A DNA stretch of 64,000 bases, taken from the NCBI RefSeq assembly GCF_026571515.1, contig NW_026852739.1, positions 310,001 to 374,000 on the forward strand, read 5' to 3'. Shown here piece after piece: positions 1-12,736 of the stretch. Position 1 is the first letter of the stretch, and each line of letters opens with the position of its first letter. This DNA is from Ruditapes philippinarum. Lineage: Eukaryota. The notes beneath the pieces are model-generated. The model did no database searches and had not been told where the DNA came from. It saw only the letters and a list, made by a program, of their open reading frames with translations. Made by a program: the position numbers and the translations under genes.

Positions 1-48
1 TGTTGTCATGTTTTGTTTATGATATGGTTTCAGGCAGCAATATGTTAC

Positions 49-189
49 CTTTATTCTGGTCAGGGTCATGCCTTCTTTTCATCCGTAATGTAACGTATAT
101 GGAATATACCAACACGACAACTATCAGTATGCCGAGAACTACTCCTACTATTATCGCAGTGGTGTTGTTTGTCTTTACTGTCACATTCA
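49..189 (-). CDS. Gene A transmembrane exon
   Basis: VNVTVKTNNTTAIIVGVVLGILIVVVLVYSIYVTLRMKRRHDPDQNK; AG/GT boundaries, 141 nt, phase 1-1. Confidence 0.85.
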
Positions 190-3100
190 CTGTAAATCAA
201 TTTAGGTGGGAATATGAGTTTTAATGTACACTGCTTTTAAAGAATATAACTTGATATTTAAGTCGAGACTACTCGATATCATTATACAAATTGAAAAGGT
301 AAGGTATAAAAAAGTGCATAGAAATCATGCGCACTTTCAGCAATCAGCAAATAACAGGACCTGCTTGTTTAGTGTCACTTTTAAGTTTCTATTACGACCG
401 TTGTGTAGACGCAGCGGAATACATTGCAAAATAATTAATGATTCTCTTAATTTTGTTTTAATTTTGGAATGCACACGTAGAATGTACAACAATATACTGC
501 ACGTTTGTAACGTTGCTTTCCATTGGATACCTGGGACGTGTATATAGACTTTGTACATGTCTTCTGTCAATTTACAAAGTAATTTCATTTCCTTGTTTTC
601 AAATTCAGGACTTTTGCAGCATAAAATCGTTATAAAGACTTTTGATAGGTTATATGACCGTATATAAACGGTTGTATTCATTATAGCTGCTCAGGTTATA
701 TATGTAAACACCATCTTATTAACAATAATATTTAATATAAAAAATCAGGAAGATAGATTAAATCACAATTTACAACAGCTTTTCTATTTTTGTCAGCTGT
801 AATCGTTTTAGATGTGGTTATCTCAGTTATATTAATACAAACACACAGTTGGAAGTAATCAACATTAGGCAAGCTTATCAATGTATTTTAGAATTCTTAC
901 CTTTGATTGAAGATGTGGTAAAATTAAGTGTTTCTGACAAAGGGCTATTTCCCTCCTCGTTATATGCGTATACTCGAACAAAGTATGTTTTTGAATCATG
1001 AAGATCTGTCAAGATTGTGGTTATGGGCTTTTCGTCTTTTGTAATTCTGTCAACTACTATCACATCACTCCATGTCTTTTTATCTGTTCCTACTTGTATA
1101 ATAAATGTTTGTGTCAATCCTCCATTATATCCACGCATCCACGACAAACGGGCCTTGTTATGCTGGATATAGTCTATTGTAAAACCTCTCGGTGTACTTG
1201 GTGGCTCTAATTTAAAAACAGAAATCTGAGAAAGTTCATATGACCATCGTATTATGTCTAACATTATGTCTATATTACATCACTGCTATTTTTAGTGACA
1301 ATGCCATAATTTCAAACATGCGTCTGTTGGCAAAGTTCTACAGCATTTATCAAATAATAAACGAGAATAAGCATTTTAGATTTACCAGGGGGAAGACACA
1401 AATAAAAAAAAGTATATGCTAAAACAAATAGGCTCCTTTTAATTCCAAACTGACTTACCTGTCAACACTACCTCAAACGACCTATTACTAGACCCTATTT
1501 CATTTGACACGACGACAATATATGACCCATAATCTGTTTCTGATTTTATTGGAGTTGTTATGATAGCTCTGGTTCCGTTGGTTTTGACAGAGTGTGAAAA
1601 TACAGGTAGCTCAACTTCGACGAGGTTCTTATTCACAATGAACATAACATCTGTTTTCGCTACGCCATTAAAGTTTCTATATAGCTCAACTTCTGTTCCA
1701 GGTATGTTTGAGAAATAGTCAACTTTGACAGTTATATTGTTATTCATCCTACTCGCAATTTTATCAGCTAAACTGATTATAACTGGAAATGCTGAAAAGA
1801 TAAACGATATATTTGGTACAAAAACATTTTAAGTTTTCAATTCAACAAAACTTTTTTTCTATTTTGAATGAAATGTATAAATGAATAAAGAATGACCTTA
1901 TATATACATGTATATATGAATCTTTTAATTCACATGTTAGAATGTTTATAAATGTGACATTTATCTTACATTTCACAAGTAACTGTACCGCTGTTCCTTC
2001 TATAAATTCTGTGTTCGTACCAAAGACCTTAATTCCATTACTGGCAGTGCACGTATAAATCCCGGAGTGCTCGTATGTTAAACCCCTCAGTTCGAGCGAC
2101 TCACTTCCGGGCCTCACCGAAACAGGCACTCCATATCCTGGCCATCTTTGAATCCATTTTCCGTATCTATAATTACTGTCAGGGACACCTTTTGCAATAC
2201 ATGTCAATACAGTATTTGATTCGTTGACCGAAGTGTTTGTTGCAATTGCTGAAACATTCGGCGGAACTGGAAAAAATAATCCATTTCAAGTGAAGATTGA
2301 TCACATTTCTTCCGGTATTTCAATATTTTCTTTCACTTTTTGCAATTTATATTTCTTTCTTGGCAACCTACATGTGTAATAATAAACCCGAACAAATACC
2401 ATTTGTTTGATGTAATTTTAAAAAAAGTAATCATGAATAAATGAATCAAATAAAATCTGGCCTTATAAATTAAGTTAACCTAAAAATATACCACTTTATA
2501 CAGTATGCTTTTTTTGTCCTGTTAAAATGTTTCGCTAACAAATTACATGCAACTGTAATTGAAAGTAACGCTTGTTTCTTATAAGTTATTGTAGAGGTAA
2601 ACTATAGACAAAATGTATTCATAAGGTAACTTACAGTTAACACTCAGTTGATATGAAGCAGTTATGCCAGATGTACTATTTATAGCAGGATGGGTAACTA
2701 TACATTGAATAATCTGTCCATTATCTGCAGCAGTCACCCTTTTCGTAAACAATGACACGACCTCGTACGTTTCTGTTACAGTATCAAGAACAGATTTGAT
2801 TTGTCCATTAGCGGTCTTTCCTTCGTATAACCAGGATATACTGGCAACGGGTCTACATCCCGTTGTTTTACAGCTTACCTCTATAACATCACCTGCCGAA
2901 ACCTCCGATGCTTGTGTGACATTTGGCTTGCTTGGAACCACTACGACAAATGTATGAAATGTAAATAAAGATATATTTCTAATCTAGTAATTTTTCAAAA
3001 TTTCCAATCGGATTACTATTTGATATCAGTGATTCCTTCACAAGACTAGTTTTAAGGCCACATTTTAACAAACGAAATTATGCGCATTTCTTGTTTTTTT

Positions 3101-6100
3101 CCAAACATTACTTAATCTATGGCTACACATGAAGTTGATTCATATCCCCACCTTGAACCTTTTACTAAAGGTCACTCGAATTTGTACTGCCCACCAATAA
3201 TTCCCACTTCTTTTTAACTACTTTTCTTTGAAGTGGATAACTATCCCCAATTTATTTCATAATTTTATGCTACCAAAATTTATTATAATTTTATATCTAA
3301 TCTTAATCTACTTTCAACTTTATTTAACTTTATTTACTAGAAACAGTCTGTTAATCAAATTAAAATATGAAAGGCAACATACTTGATATCTATTTTATGT
3401 TATACCCGTGTACAAAACATTTGTTAATGCACCACATTGAAACTGTTTTTTAAGTTGTTCAAGGGGTCATCAGTAAGTGGTTTAAAATTTTTCAGTCTGA
3501 AGCCCATTTCCAAATCTAATTGTTTCATTTCATTACGTTTTAGTAGTTTGCATATAAAATTGTAAGTAAGAATAATTCACTGCCTTCATTCAAGAGAAGC
3601 GTTATTATCTGTAAACACATGATCTGATTCAACCTGTATTTTATGATGTTATATAATTATGTGAACAAAATGCAATAATATTCTATTCCCTGATTAAAGA
3701 GTTTCAAATCGGGGCAATAACTCTGTAAAATAATTAGTAGCATGAAAGTAAATTATAACCTGCCCTGTATGTGCGTACCAAAACTTATTAAAATCCTTAA
3801 CTCCTTCAAAAGTGAGCATCTGTTAACATTTTCTTTTAATTAAAAATAGGAGAAAAGGTGCCAAAACTCTGGGAAATTAGTGTAGTGGCATGAAGCCAAA
3901 TTATAACTTTCCTGTACTAAATGATGTACTAAACTGACTGTGTACACATTTTTTATTTTGAAATCAATTGTCTATTTAATGGGAACCAATTGGAAGCTAA
4001 GTTTTATATAAATGTTCTAAAATGATATAGAAAAAAAGAAAAGACATGTAAAAATCCCCCATAGACAAGAGCCCTTAAGTCTTGTAAACGCATTGTAGCT
4101 AATATTTCTTATATACTTACATGACAGATAAAGTAACGCCGATTTAACGTTTGACGTTATGTGAGTACTGTCTGCTTGTGGGTAATATGATCTACAGTTT
4201 ATTATCTTTCTATCATCTGACCTTGTCAGAGTAAATTTATGTTGTAGTGTCACAGTAAATGTACCGTTACTTTGTAAAATGCCATTATTTGTAGTCGCTA
4301 ACTCGTTAGATGTGGACACACTTCTATTATACCAGGTTAGTGAAGGTGCTGGATATCCTCCGTAAGACGTACATTGTATTGTCAGGAGTTGCCCCTCATT
4401 TCCAACAACAACTTCACGGCCATCTTCTCTATTTACCACATTTGATATAACAGGTGTTTGAGGAGAAACTATGAAAGAGAAAATAAGAATAAATTACGAA
4501 CTAGCTATTATTTTTTGTGAATAGTTTATTTAACTTAACTGCGTATATGCGTATATAAATAGAAATACATAAAATTGAAAATGATTACATGTAATTAATA
4601 AACCAATCACCAGTTAAGAAGTTAAAACTAAATTGATTTTAAAAGATTTATGTGTATTGTGAAAGGTCTCAAAGGTTCAACCAAGCTATACCAGTTTCCT
4701 ACAAATTGAAGAAGAATGAATTTCATTATAGTAGTTGTTGACTTCACTTTAGAACAATTAATTGTAAATATTTACACTGAGCAACTTCAAGCATTGCAAA
4801 ACATTACAGGTTATAGATAGGGAAAATTGTTTTGAGAAATGCATACAAATGTAAATGTGCATATGCATCAATACAACAAACAGAAGGATGTCTCCTCGGT
4901 TGATCTGAATGGTTAAGCTTGTTAAAATCCGATTAATTTTCTAATGAACTTAAAATTCTTTCAAATGAAAAAATAATACAGTCAAAACTGCAACAACAAT
5001 GAAATATTTCCGTTAGAACAAGGAAAGTCAATGATCCTACCCAAGTGCCCGTCTGTGCTGTAAATTATGTACACAGGTTCACACGAGGTATTCTTTCAAT
5101 ACATCTAGACAAGTGCTTTTGGAACATGATCAAAACAATGCCAGAGTGATTTAAAAATATAACCATACGCACATGTACACACAAAACGCACGTGTACACC
5201 CACATACACACATTCACTGACGCGTACCCACATACAAATATTTCTTGTTCGAGATTTGCTTTAAAATTTAAAATACCTATATTGAATGACCCATGTAGAG
5301 GAGTTGCCTGTGTTATGGTTGTTACAACAACACTGTGCGTGTATATCCCATCATCTTAAGAGGTTTTAGAAGTCCACACACACATATAGAATCCAGAATA
5401 TTTAATACTACTGGAACATGTTACTGATCCTGACACAGTGATTGCGCTTTCCTACACATAATTACAATAATTTGTTACACTTCATTTATACGTAAACAAT
5501 TAAAATATGATTCTAATTTTCTATCATTACTAGTATTTCCCTCGAATTATATTCGAAGGTATTATTCATTTGACCAAATACACAGTAAAAGATGATATAA
5601 TATGTATGTAACTTTGTTTATTTTATCTAATGACACACACACAATAAAAGTAACAGTCCTTCTTTATAATAAATAATAATCTTTACATGTGTAACAATTA
5701 AAATGTAGGAAATAGGATGTCTATGAAAAATTAAGTTAAATCAAGATAAATTGATTTATATATTTACCTCATTTTTAAAAGAAACTTCAAGTGAAAGAGA
5801 AGAAGGATATAATCTATCCACGGTTAGTAGTAATTTCTTTCCCACAGTGACGTTCAAATCAGCGGAAGAAGCTTTACCTGAAAGTTTTGTCAAACTAAAG
5901 ATAAAAAATGCTATTTTTTGCCAGTGGTGGTATAGTAAGTTGATATTTGGAGTATCAGGCGTCAATGTAAAACAAATTCAATAAAATGAAAATTGAAATT
6001 AAAAAAAATTTGATATTTTTTTAATGCAAGCGGTTATATCAGACGTCAATAAAAGAAATTCAATAAAATTGTTATTGCAAAAAGCCAAACCATATTACAT

Positions 6101-8171
6101 TCTATGTTGAGATGTTTTGGTTGACTTTCATCAAATCCATTACTACATCTATAATTTCCTCCATCAGTAATGTCAGTGTTGTGTATTGTCAATGTAAAAG
6201 TTGCATTCCCAGTTGATTGTGCATATTTGTTGTTGTCTTCTGGTCTAACAGGCATTCCACTTCTGACAATACTCCGGTTCAATCCAAACCAACCAGTATA
6301 GGCTATGGTTCCGATAACCTGACATATAAGAACTGTATCTTCCCCGCAGTTGCCAGCACGTGGTACTATGATATCGGCAGATCCTACAAATACGGCAAAT
6401 TTTCTGACGATTTAATGATCTCATGTAACAATAATGATATAATTAATTTTTATTTAAGATCCTGTAACTAACTCATTTTTTTATGATTTAATATCATGAA
6501 TATAATGCTCAAATGAAGATTTATCAATATTTTAAGTTCCAAAAAGGGGGGTAATTAGAAATTTAATTTTGATATAACCCAAGCCAAAATTTTCAATAAG
6601 AAATGATTGCATACATTTAAATGATTACTTATAATGCATTTTAGAAGAATTTGAAAGTGTTAGAAGAATAGTTATAAACGTTTGAGAAGAATAATTATAT
6701 ACATATATAAAATTTCACTTAAGTGTTGTTACTTCCTTAATTCCAACATACAAGATCTTTAACTTTTATCATTGAACTATGAATTATAAGATATCAATGT
6801 TAGTAAATAGTGACATTGTATGGTGATGACATCGTGTACAGCCTGAAATACAGTAGCAAAATATTTATATAAATGCTTCTGTACAAAATATCTTCCTCAA
6901 TATATGAACATATTACAGTAGTTAACACAACAACCTAAATGTAACCTCAGAAATCTAGGTAGCAAAATCAGTTACCGCTTAGCATTGAAATAAACTGCTA
7001 TAAAAAAATATTTAAAAAAGTCACTTGCCCAAAGCTTTTTTTTGTATAAAACATTTTAAAGTGAGTGGGTAAGTACGACGAAAATTTTATTTGCTCAAGT
7101 TATAAAAGGTTATATGAGTATAAAATGCAAAAGCGCACAAACAATATTTGTCAATTTGTTACGATTTGTTTTATTCAAAATGGAACAAGTTAAAAGACAG
7201 AGGAACATACCTTTAACATTGAGATTTATTTTACTAACTGAAGAACACTGATACAGCCCCTGGTCAGTAAACATCACATCACGAATTATCAAACTACTTT
7301 TATCAGTGTCCCAGCCAAGTCTTGATCTCTTCTGCTCAGGAAGATTTGGGTTTGCAAAGCTACTTTGACCGTTATTGTTATATTGTAGATCTTGACCACG
7401 CCATATAGGATAGTCTGTTGTTGTTGCACAGGGTAAGGTAACGTTATCTCCTGCCGTTACGGTCAGTTGTTGTATGTCTTGGGCTGTACACAACTTTGTT
7501 AACAGTGTTCCTAAAAAGTAAAACGTAAGACGGTTCTTTTATTGCTCCGCGACCACATGCGCGGAGCTATTTGTGTTTACTATTTTTTTGTCCATGGGCC
7601 CAGATTTTATCAATTAATCCCTTCGATTTACAGCTAAAAATTAAATTCGGATTCAAGAATTATTCCGATTTCTATTATATCGGTTTCCCCTTCGCTGATT
7701 CGCAGCATGTCATATTAATTAAATTTCCTGGGCAAGTATAGTCTTCAAATCTAATAAAGATATTCACTTGAAAGTCACACATGTCATTGGGACACTTTAT
7801 TGGCATTTTCGTGGCTTTTTGTTAATTTAAAACATCCTGGTATGAGTTAAGTATCCACAATCAAATTTCAAAACTAATGAAGGCATTCACTCGAAACCAG
7901 ATAAGGTATTCGGTTTTTGTTTAATTATCAATCACGCAGTAAGTCGAGCGAATTGTCTTACTGACATAACCGCTTAAAGCACCACACCGTTTTTAAATAT
8001 TATTCACAATGCGACTTAAATTCCTCGTTTACTTAAATCTGATAGCGAGCATGCTCTAAATGTATAAATAATTATTTATAATTCACGACCCCTCCGCACC
8101 AAAATAAACACAAAAGACTTACCCATCGTTAACATAAAAGTAAAAATTGAATATGCTTTTACATCAACCAT
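49..8171 (-). CDS. Gene A: IgSF type-I membrane receptor (SP, 7 Ig/Ig-like domains, FN3, TM), 11 exons visible, 3' part outside window; in-frame TAA in exon 5, possibly a pseudogene or null allele
   Basis: Phase-compatible GT-AG exons 8123-8171, 7211-7510, 6099-6383, 5768-5877, 5277-5451, 4121-4468, 2635-2940, 1970-2266, 1459-1791, 901-1206, 49-189; Ig C..W..DxGxYxC motifs, FN3, hydrophobic TM. Confidence 0.85.
901..1206 (-). CDS. Gene A fibronectin type III exon
   Basis: EPPSTPRG..LSW..GYNGGLTQTF..LHDSKTYFVRVYAYNEEGNS; 306 nt. Confidence 0.9.
1459..1791 (-). CDS. Gene A membrane-proximal cysteine-less Ig-like exon
   Basis: FPVIISL..DYGSYIVVVSNEIGSSNRSFEV; 333 nt, same length as in B and C. 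Confidence 0.85.
1970..2266 (-). CDS. Gene A Ig (I-set-like) exon
   Basis: LTCIAKGVP..W..HSGIYTCTASNG; 297 nt. Confidence 0.9.
2635..2940 (-). CDS. Gene A Ig (nephrin/CD80-type C2) exon
   Basis: VSCKTTGCRPVASISW..ADNGQIIQCIVTHPA; 306 nt. Confidence 0.9.
4121..4468 (-). CDS. Gene A Ig (nephrin/CD80-type C2) exon
   Basis: IQCTSYGGYPAPSLTWY..DDRKIINCRS; 348 nt. Confidence 0.9.
4885..5100 (+). mobile_element. Degenerate tRNA-derived SINE remnant
   Basis: Patchy similarity to the head and core of the SINE at 62382-62658 (cccaagtgcccgtctgtgctg..aattatgtacac..gaggtattctt). Confidence 0.35.
5277..5451 (-). pseudogene. Gene A exon 5 (second half of atypical domain X) with premature stop at 5356-5358
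   Basis: ESAITVSGSVTCSSSIKYSGFYMCVWTSKTS*DDGIYTHSVVV; the paralogous exon 25606-25780 has the same 175 nt and TTA (Leu) at this codon. Confidence 0.8.
5768..5877 (-). CDS. Gene A exon 4 (first half of domain X)
   Basis: CKASSADLNVTVGKKLLLTVDRLYPSSLSLEVSFKNE; 110 nt, phase 1-0; paralog at 30162-30271. Confidence 0.8.
6099..6383 (-). CDS. Gene A V-set-like Ig exon (V2)
   Basis: NCGEDTVLICQV..GWF..FTLTIHNTDITDGGNYRC; 285 nt. Confidence 0.9.
7211..7510 (-). CDS. Gene A N-terminal V-set Ig exon (V1)
   Basis: GDNVTLPC..W..SLIIRDVMFTDQGLYQC; 300 nt. Confidence 0.9.
8123..8171 (-). CDS. Gene A signal-peptide exon
   Basis: MVDVKAYSIFTFMLTM-G then GTAAGT; phase 1 matches exon 2; 49 nt as in gene B. 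Confidence 0.75.
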
Positions 8172-8208
8172 CTTCTCTTTTTAAACATTTATTTACACTG
8201 CACCATAA

Positions 8209-8217
8209 ACTTCCGTG
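8209..8217 (-). promoter_or_regulatory. Putative ETS-binding motif CACGGAAGT upstream of gene A
   Basis: GGAAGT core 38 nt 5' of the ATG; equivalent motif in B and C. Confidence 0.45.
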
Positions 8218-9017
8218 TCTCGCTATTTCATTATGTACTTAAACTACTCGTGTTATATATAATGATATGTATTTTACTTGACATATTTACTTATTAAGAT
8301 ATTATTTGTTCAATATATTTGATATCTGATGATAACTAATAGTATGCAAATTTTGTTTGAAACTCGTCAGGAGGTGCGTAATAAACACTTTTACAGAAAA
8401 TTAGGTTAAATAGCACAAGCTTGTTAAGAGTTAAAACATTGGTGGAGTTACACCAAAAATTTACACCCAAGCCATAAAAAACTTATTGAACATAACATAA
8501 ATCGATTATTATACATTTATAACATCATCATGAATTTGATGGTGGTCGTATTTTCGAAATCAAGCGAACTGTGACAGTAACAACGTAACATAAGGGAACT
8601 TTATTTGGGCATTTTCCGTTGAAGGTCTTGCAAGTTATGTCTCACTTGAATTGATTGCTTAACATATTCCAAATTTGAATGAAATATTAATGGATTGAAT
8701 ATATTCAACAAACGTTGAACTTCTTTCCTTTACTAAATGCAAATAATTATCAGGGAGCTCTGAAAGTTTTTTCTACGAGTTGTTGTATTTTGTTATTTTA
8801 TGTACAAGCAATGTCTTCCTAATTCGACTTAGAGGCGAAGTTCTGGCTCAAAACAAAATCAGATATTTCTCAGAATCTAGTTTTTATTTTGATAATCAGT
8901 AGGTTTTGAATCGTACGAGCCAAACACTTTTGCAGAGTCAAATCAATTTGGTTTTATTATCGCATATATCGCCATAGTGATCTGACTTTGTTATATATTC
9001 TGAAAGTACAAATTTAC

Positions 9018-9256
9018 TTTTTGTTTGTTTGTTTTTCATTGGGTTTTACGTCGCATCAACACAATATAGGTCATATGGCGATTTCCAGTTTTACTGGTGT
9101 ATGAAGACCTCGGTGCCCTTCCGTGCATTATTTCAGGCACGAACGTGCACTTGAGTGGAACCACCGACGTTATGTAAGCTAACTGGATAGCTTCCTCACG
9201 TGAAAGAGTCAAAAGCCTGACGGGATTCGAACCCACAACGATAAGGTACAAGTGGT
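9018..9256 (-). mobile_element. tRNA-derived SINE (MetaSINE-like), 5'-truncated
   Basis: Closely similar to 62382-62658; box B GGTTCGAATCC, (AAAC)n tail. Confidence 0.85.
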
Positions 9257-12200
9257 GTTTTACCTTTTAAAGAAATCTTGATTGTGGTAAAGGTAAAAGA
9301 GATATGTTATTGTTAGTAAAGATAATTTACCAAGTATATCAACCCATATTTTCTTATTTGAAATAAGCTTTATTCACTATCCAAATAAATTCCCGAACTT
9401 CGAAGACGCCATCAAGAACGAAACAAAATAATAAGTAATAAAAAGAAATAATTAATAATTTTCGCATCAATCTATTTTGTACCCTAATGCCATTACTTCT
9501 ACCTATCAATTTTAAATGAAATAAGGTTACGTTATTTAGGTTGAATGCATGAACATGTGCATTAAGTATCGTTAGACTCATTCTTGTTACCCATTCCTTT
9601 GTTGGTGTTTTATTACAATTGAGAATCGTATTATTTAAGCAGCATGCCTCCAGATATTTGATTATTTTTATGAAAATTTTAAAAGGAACAAAACAATAAT
9701 TTAAACATTGCAAATAGTACTAACCATCAAAGTAAAATACCGAAAAGAGGTCAAATATGAAGAGCCCTTACTTCGATACTAACGCAGCAGAAAAAAAGAT
9801 AGTATGTACTGTAAAAGCAGTCATTGGTCGCACATAACATTTAAATTATAACTTAAATCTTAAATCTTTTTACATTTCTTAAAATCTTATTTTTTTTCCT
9901 CAAATTTGATTTTCTTGAAATATTTTGGCATATCTCGAGGTATGCAGCTTTAATAGTAATTTAATTTTTCTGCAGTAGTTAATTGTATATACGTAAACAT
10001 ATGTTTCTGTTGACTTATTGTGTGGTATCTATACATAGAAACACTTTTTTACACATTCTTTTCCATATTTTTTATTACAATTTCCATTGCAGTCAAAAAT
10101 ACAAGACCTCAATATCTCTATATGTAACAAACGACCAATATTGTGGGTTTTAAAGAAAATCGGATAAAAATATTTGCCTGCCTTTGTATCCCTAGATTCA
10201 CAAACTTTTTAAAATTTATTCTTCGAGTTTGTAAGATTTGTTATTTGTTAGATTTCAATATCAAAAGTCTATTCTAACCAATATCTAAGTAACAAAAATA
10301 CATAATCATAGTATTAATTTGAATTTATTAGTAGCAAAGATAGGTTTTTGTAGAAAAAATGCTATGTCCAAACTAGCAGTATTGCAGTCTATTTCAGAAC
10401 GAATTAATCATGAACATGAAAAGCGCATCCAGAATTTTCAAAATAGATTTGATATTAAATTTCCTCTTAATAGCAAAATTTGTTCATAGAACATTTACTG
10501 ATATAGTTCATCTACTATTATCGTCACTTTCTTACCGCTTGTTACACAATATTTAGCGTTTGTTGTTTTACCTGTAAATAATTAAAGTAACCTACTGAAA
10601 ACAGTTCAGCAGAACAGCTCTTTATATATTTTAGAGTATTGTTTGTGACTTAGAGTGTGTCGTCCAAACACGTCACATATAAGTTAAAAAGACACAACGA
10701 AGTAGCTTATTTTCAATTCTTTAAGAAAAATGAAAAATTGTGTCTGTTATTTTCAATGATAAAAACAAAAAAACAAAATAGATATTTTTCTCCGTAAAAA
10801 CGATAACGAATTTCCATTAAAACAAGAAAAGAAACATGGCTTCACAAAAAACTGCCCATACTGCCTTTTTTCTCCAGAATTTCCCAGACCTTTGAACACT
10901 AGTAATAACCATGTCTACATGAATGTTCAACAATATACTTTTCAATACTTTTCTTATTACATTTAATACTTTTTTTCTAAAGTCTATTCTTTTATAATAA
11001 TATTATACATCTACAAAACAGAAAGAATGGAATATTATTGTAAAGTGCAGGGGAAGTGGGCGGTGTCCTTTATCTGCAATAGTGGTGTTTGTGAAGGTGA
11101 GTTTTTCTCGTTTCCGAATACTTGTCGTTTTCTTATGGTCTCTATGAGATTTGATTTATTAAAAGAGCTCGGCTTAAAGAAAGCCATTTTGTTTTTCTCC
11201 GACTATAAACCGCCGAGAATAAGGAGCAGTAACTTTTAATGTAAGATTTGTTTTTTACCTCATAAAGTACCAGAACCTGGTACTTTTAAAATGATTGATC
11301 CTGAAAGACAATGAATTTGATGTTCGAAAGACCATGTGTAAAGTTATATGTATAAACAATATGTTGTGTTGGACGGAGCAATATATAAAAGACAAAAGTA
11401 ATGAAAAGTTAATATTTTAATACATATGTATACACGGAACCTATCATTGATATGGAGAAAAAGTAATGTGAGTGTGCGCTAATATGTTGCATAACTATGT
11501 TTTAGATCAGAATTGCTTTGGAACATATCTCGAAGATCGTTTCTATCCAAATTAATTAATAAATTAGTATACGAGTTTTTGCTAAAAATACCAATGTAAG
11601 ATCTTTTAAATGTAGTCGGAACATTTCTATTTTTGACAGTTCTAACTTCCACATTATTAGTCATTTAACTTTGAATTTATTTTCGGAAAAGCTTAAAATA
11701 AATGATAAATAAAATAAACGAAAATATCGTTCTCCGGTAATGGCGGGTATGACCACGTAAATACATCTGCTAAAAATGAAACAAATTTATGCTGTAATTG
11801 ATGTTTATTAGGGTTGATATTTGCTTAACCTAAAACGGTAACTTGTTTTGAAAGTGTCAATATGTTATATTGTAAAAATATGAAAATCTAATATGTCACT
11901 TTATTAAATGGACACTTATGTTTCTTGAAAACTTAACATTTTTTTACCATAATATGCAACATAATAGTTTTAATTTTTAGGTTGTAAATATTGAACAATA
12001 AAAATATAAATATTAAACAAAAAAAACAACACAAAATCCCCCCGAAAAAAAACAACACAAAATTAAAAAACAAAAGAAAAACAAACAAAATGCATTGGTT
12101 ACCATTAAAGAAGCAATGTCCACTACTTCTTTGGTATATACATGTACTTAATTTTGAATGCTTACCAAAGATAAAACAATATATGCATACCCGTAAGGTG

Positions 12201-12662
12201 ATTCGTTCAATATCATTTGTAATGTACTGATCACTCAAATTCCATTTTACCTTACTGTCAACTAAAATATCAAACAATGTTAACAAAGGTTAGTTCCTAA
12301 ACTAGCTTTCACTAAAAAAAAGTATTACGTTTCAAATTTGAATTGAAAAAATAGTCAAATCAGTTGATAAAACAATAACAACAGTATGTGCTAAAATTGC
12401 ATATAGTTAATATCGTTGGTTATAGATGTACAACAATAATTAGACTCCATGTTATGTAAACATACATAAGCATTTATACACACATAATTTTATACTTTGT
12501 CGATTACAAAATTCGATTACAAAATTAAGCAATCTGAAATAATGTTATTCCACTGTTATTCTACACTGTATATTCATTGGCATTTCTGTTCTCCGTCATC
12601 ACAATCATTTCAATCTCATCTTTTACAACAGATCAAAAACTTCATCATCAATTTCAACTGTG

Positions 12663-12736
12663 TCATTTCTTTTTCGCAATTTTCACACCAGGTTTTAAGT
12701 TTTCGTAGATTCTGGTCTTTCCGGTAGCTAGTTTTT
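12663..12736 (-). CDS. Gene B last coding exon
   Basis: EKLATGKTRIYENLKPGVKIAKKK*; paralog at 41702-41778. Confidence 0.8.

Noticed and set aside
12663-12680. C-terminal KKK as a dilysine ER-retrieval signal
   Set aside because: Lys is not at both -3 and -4, or -3 and -5, in B or C
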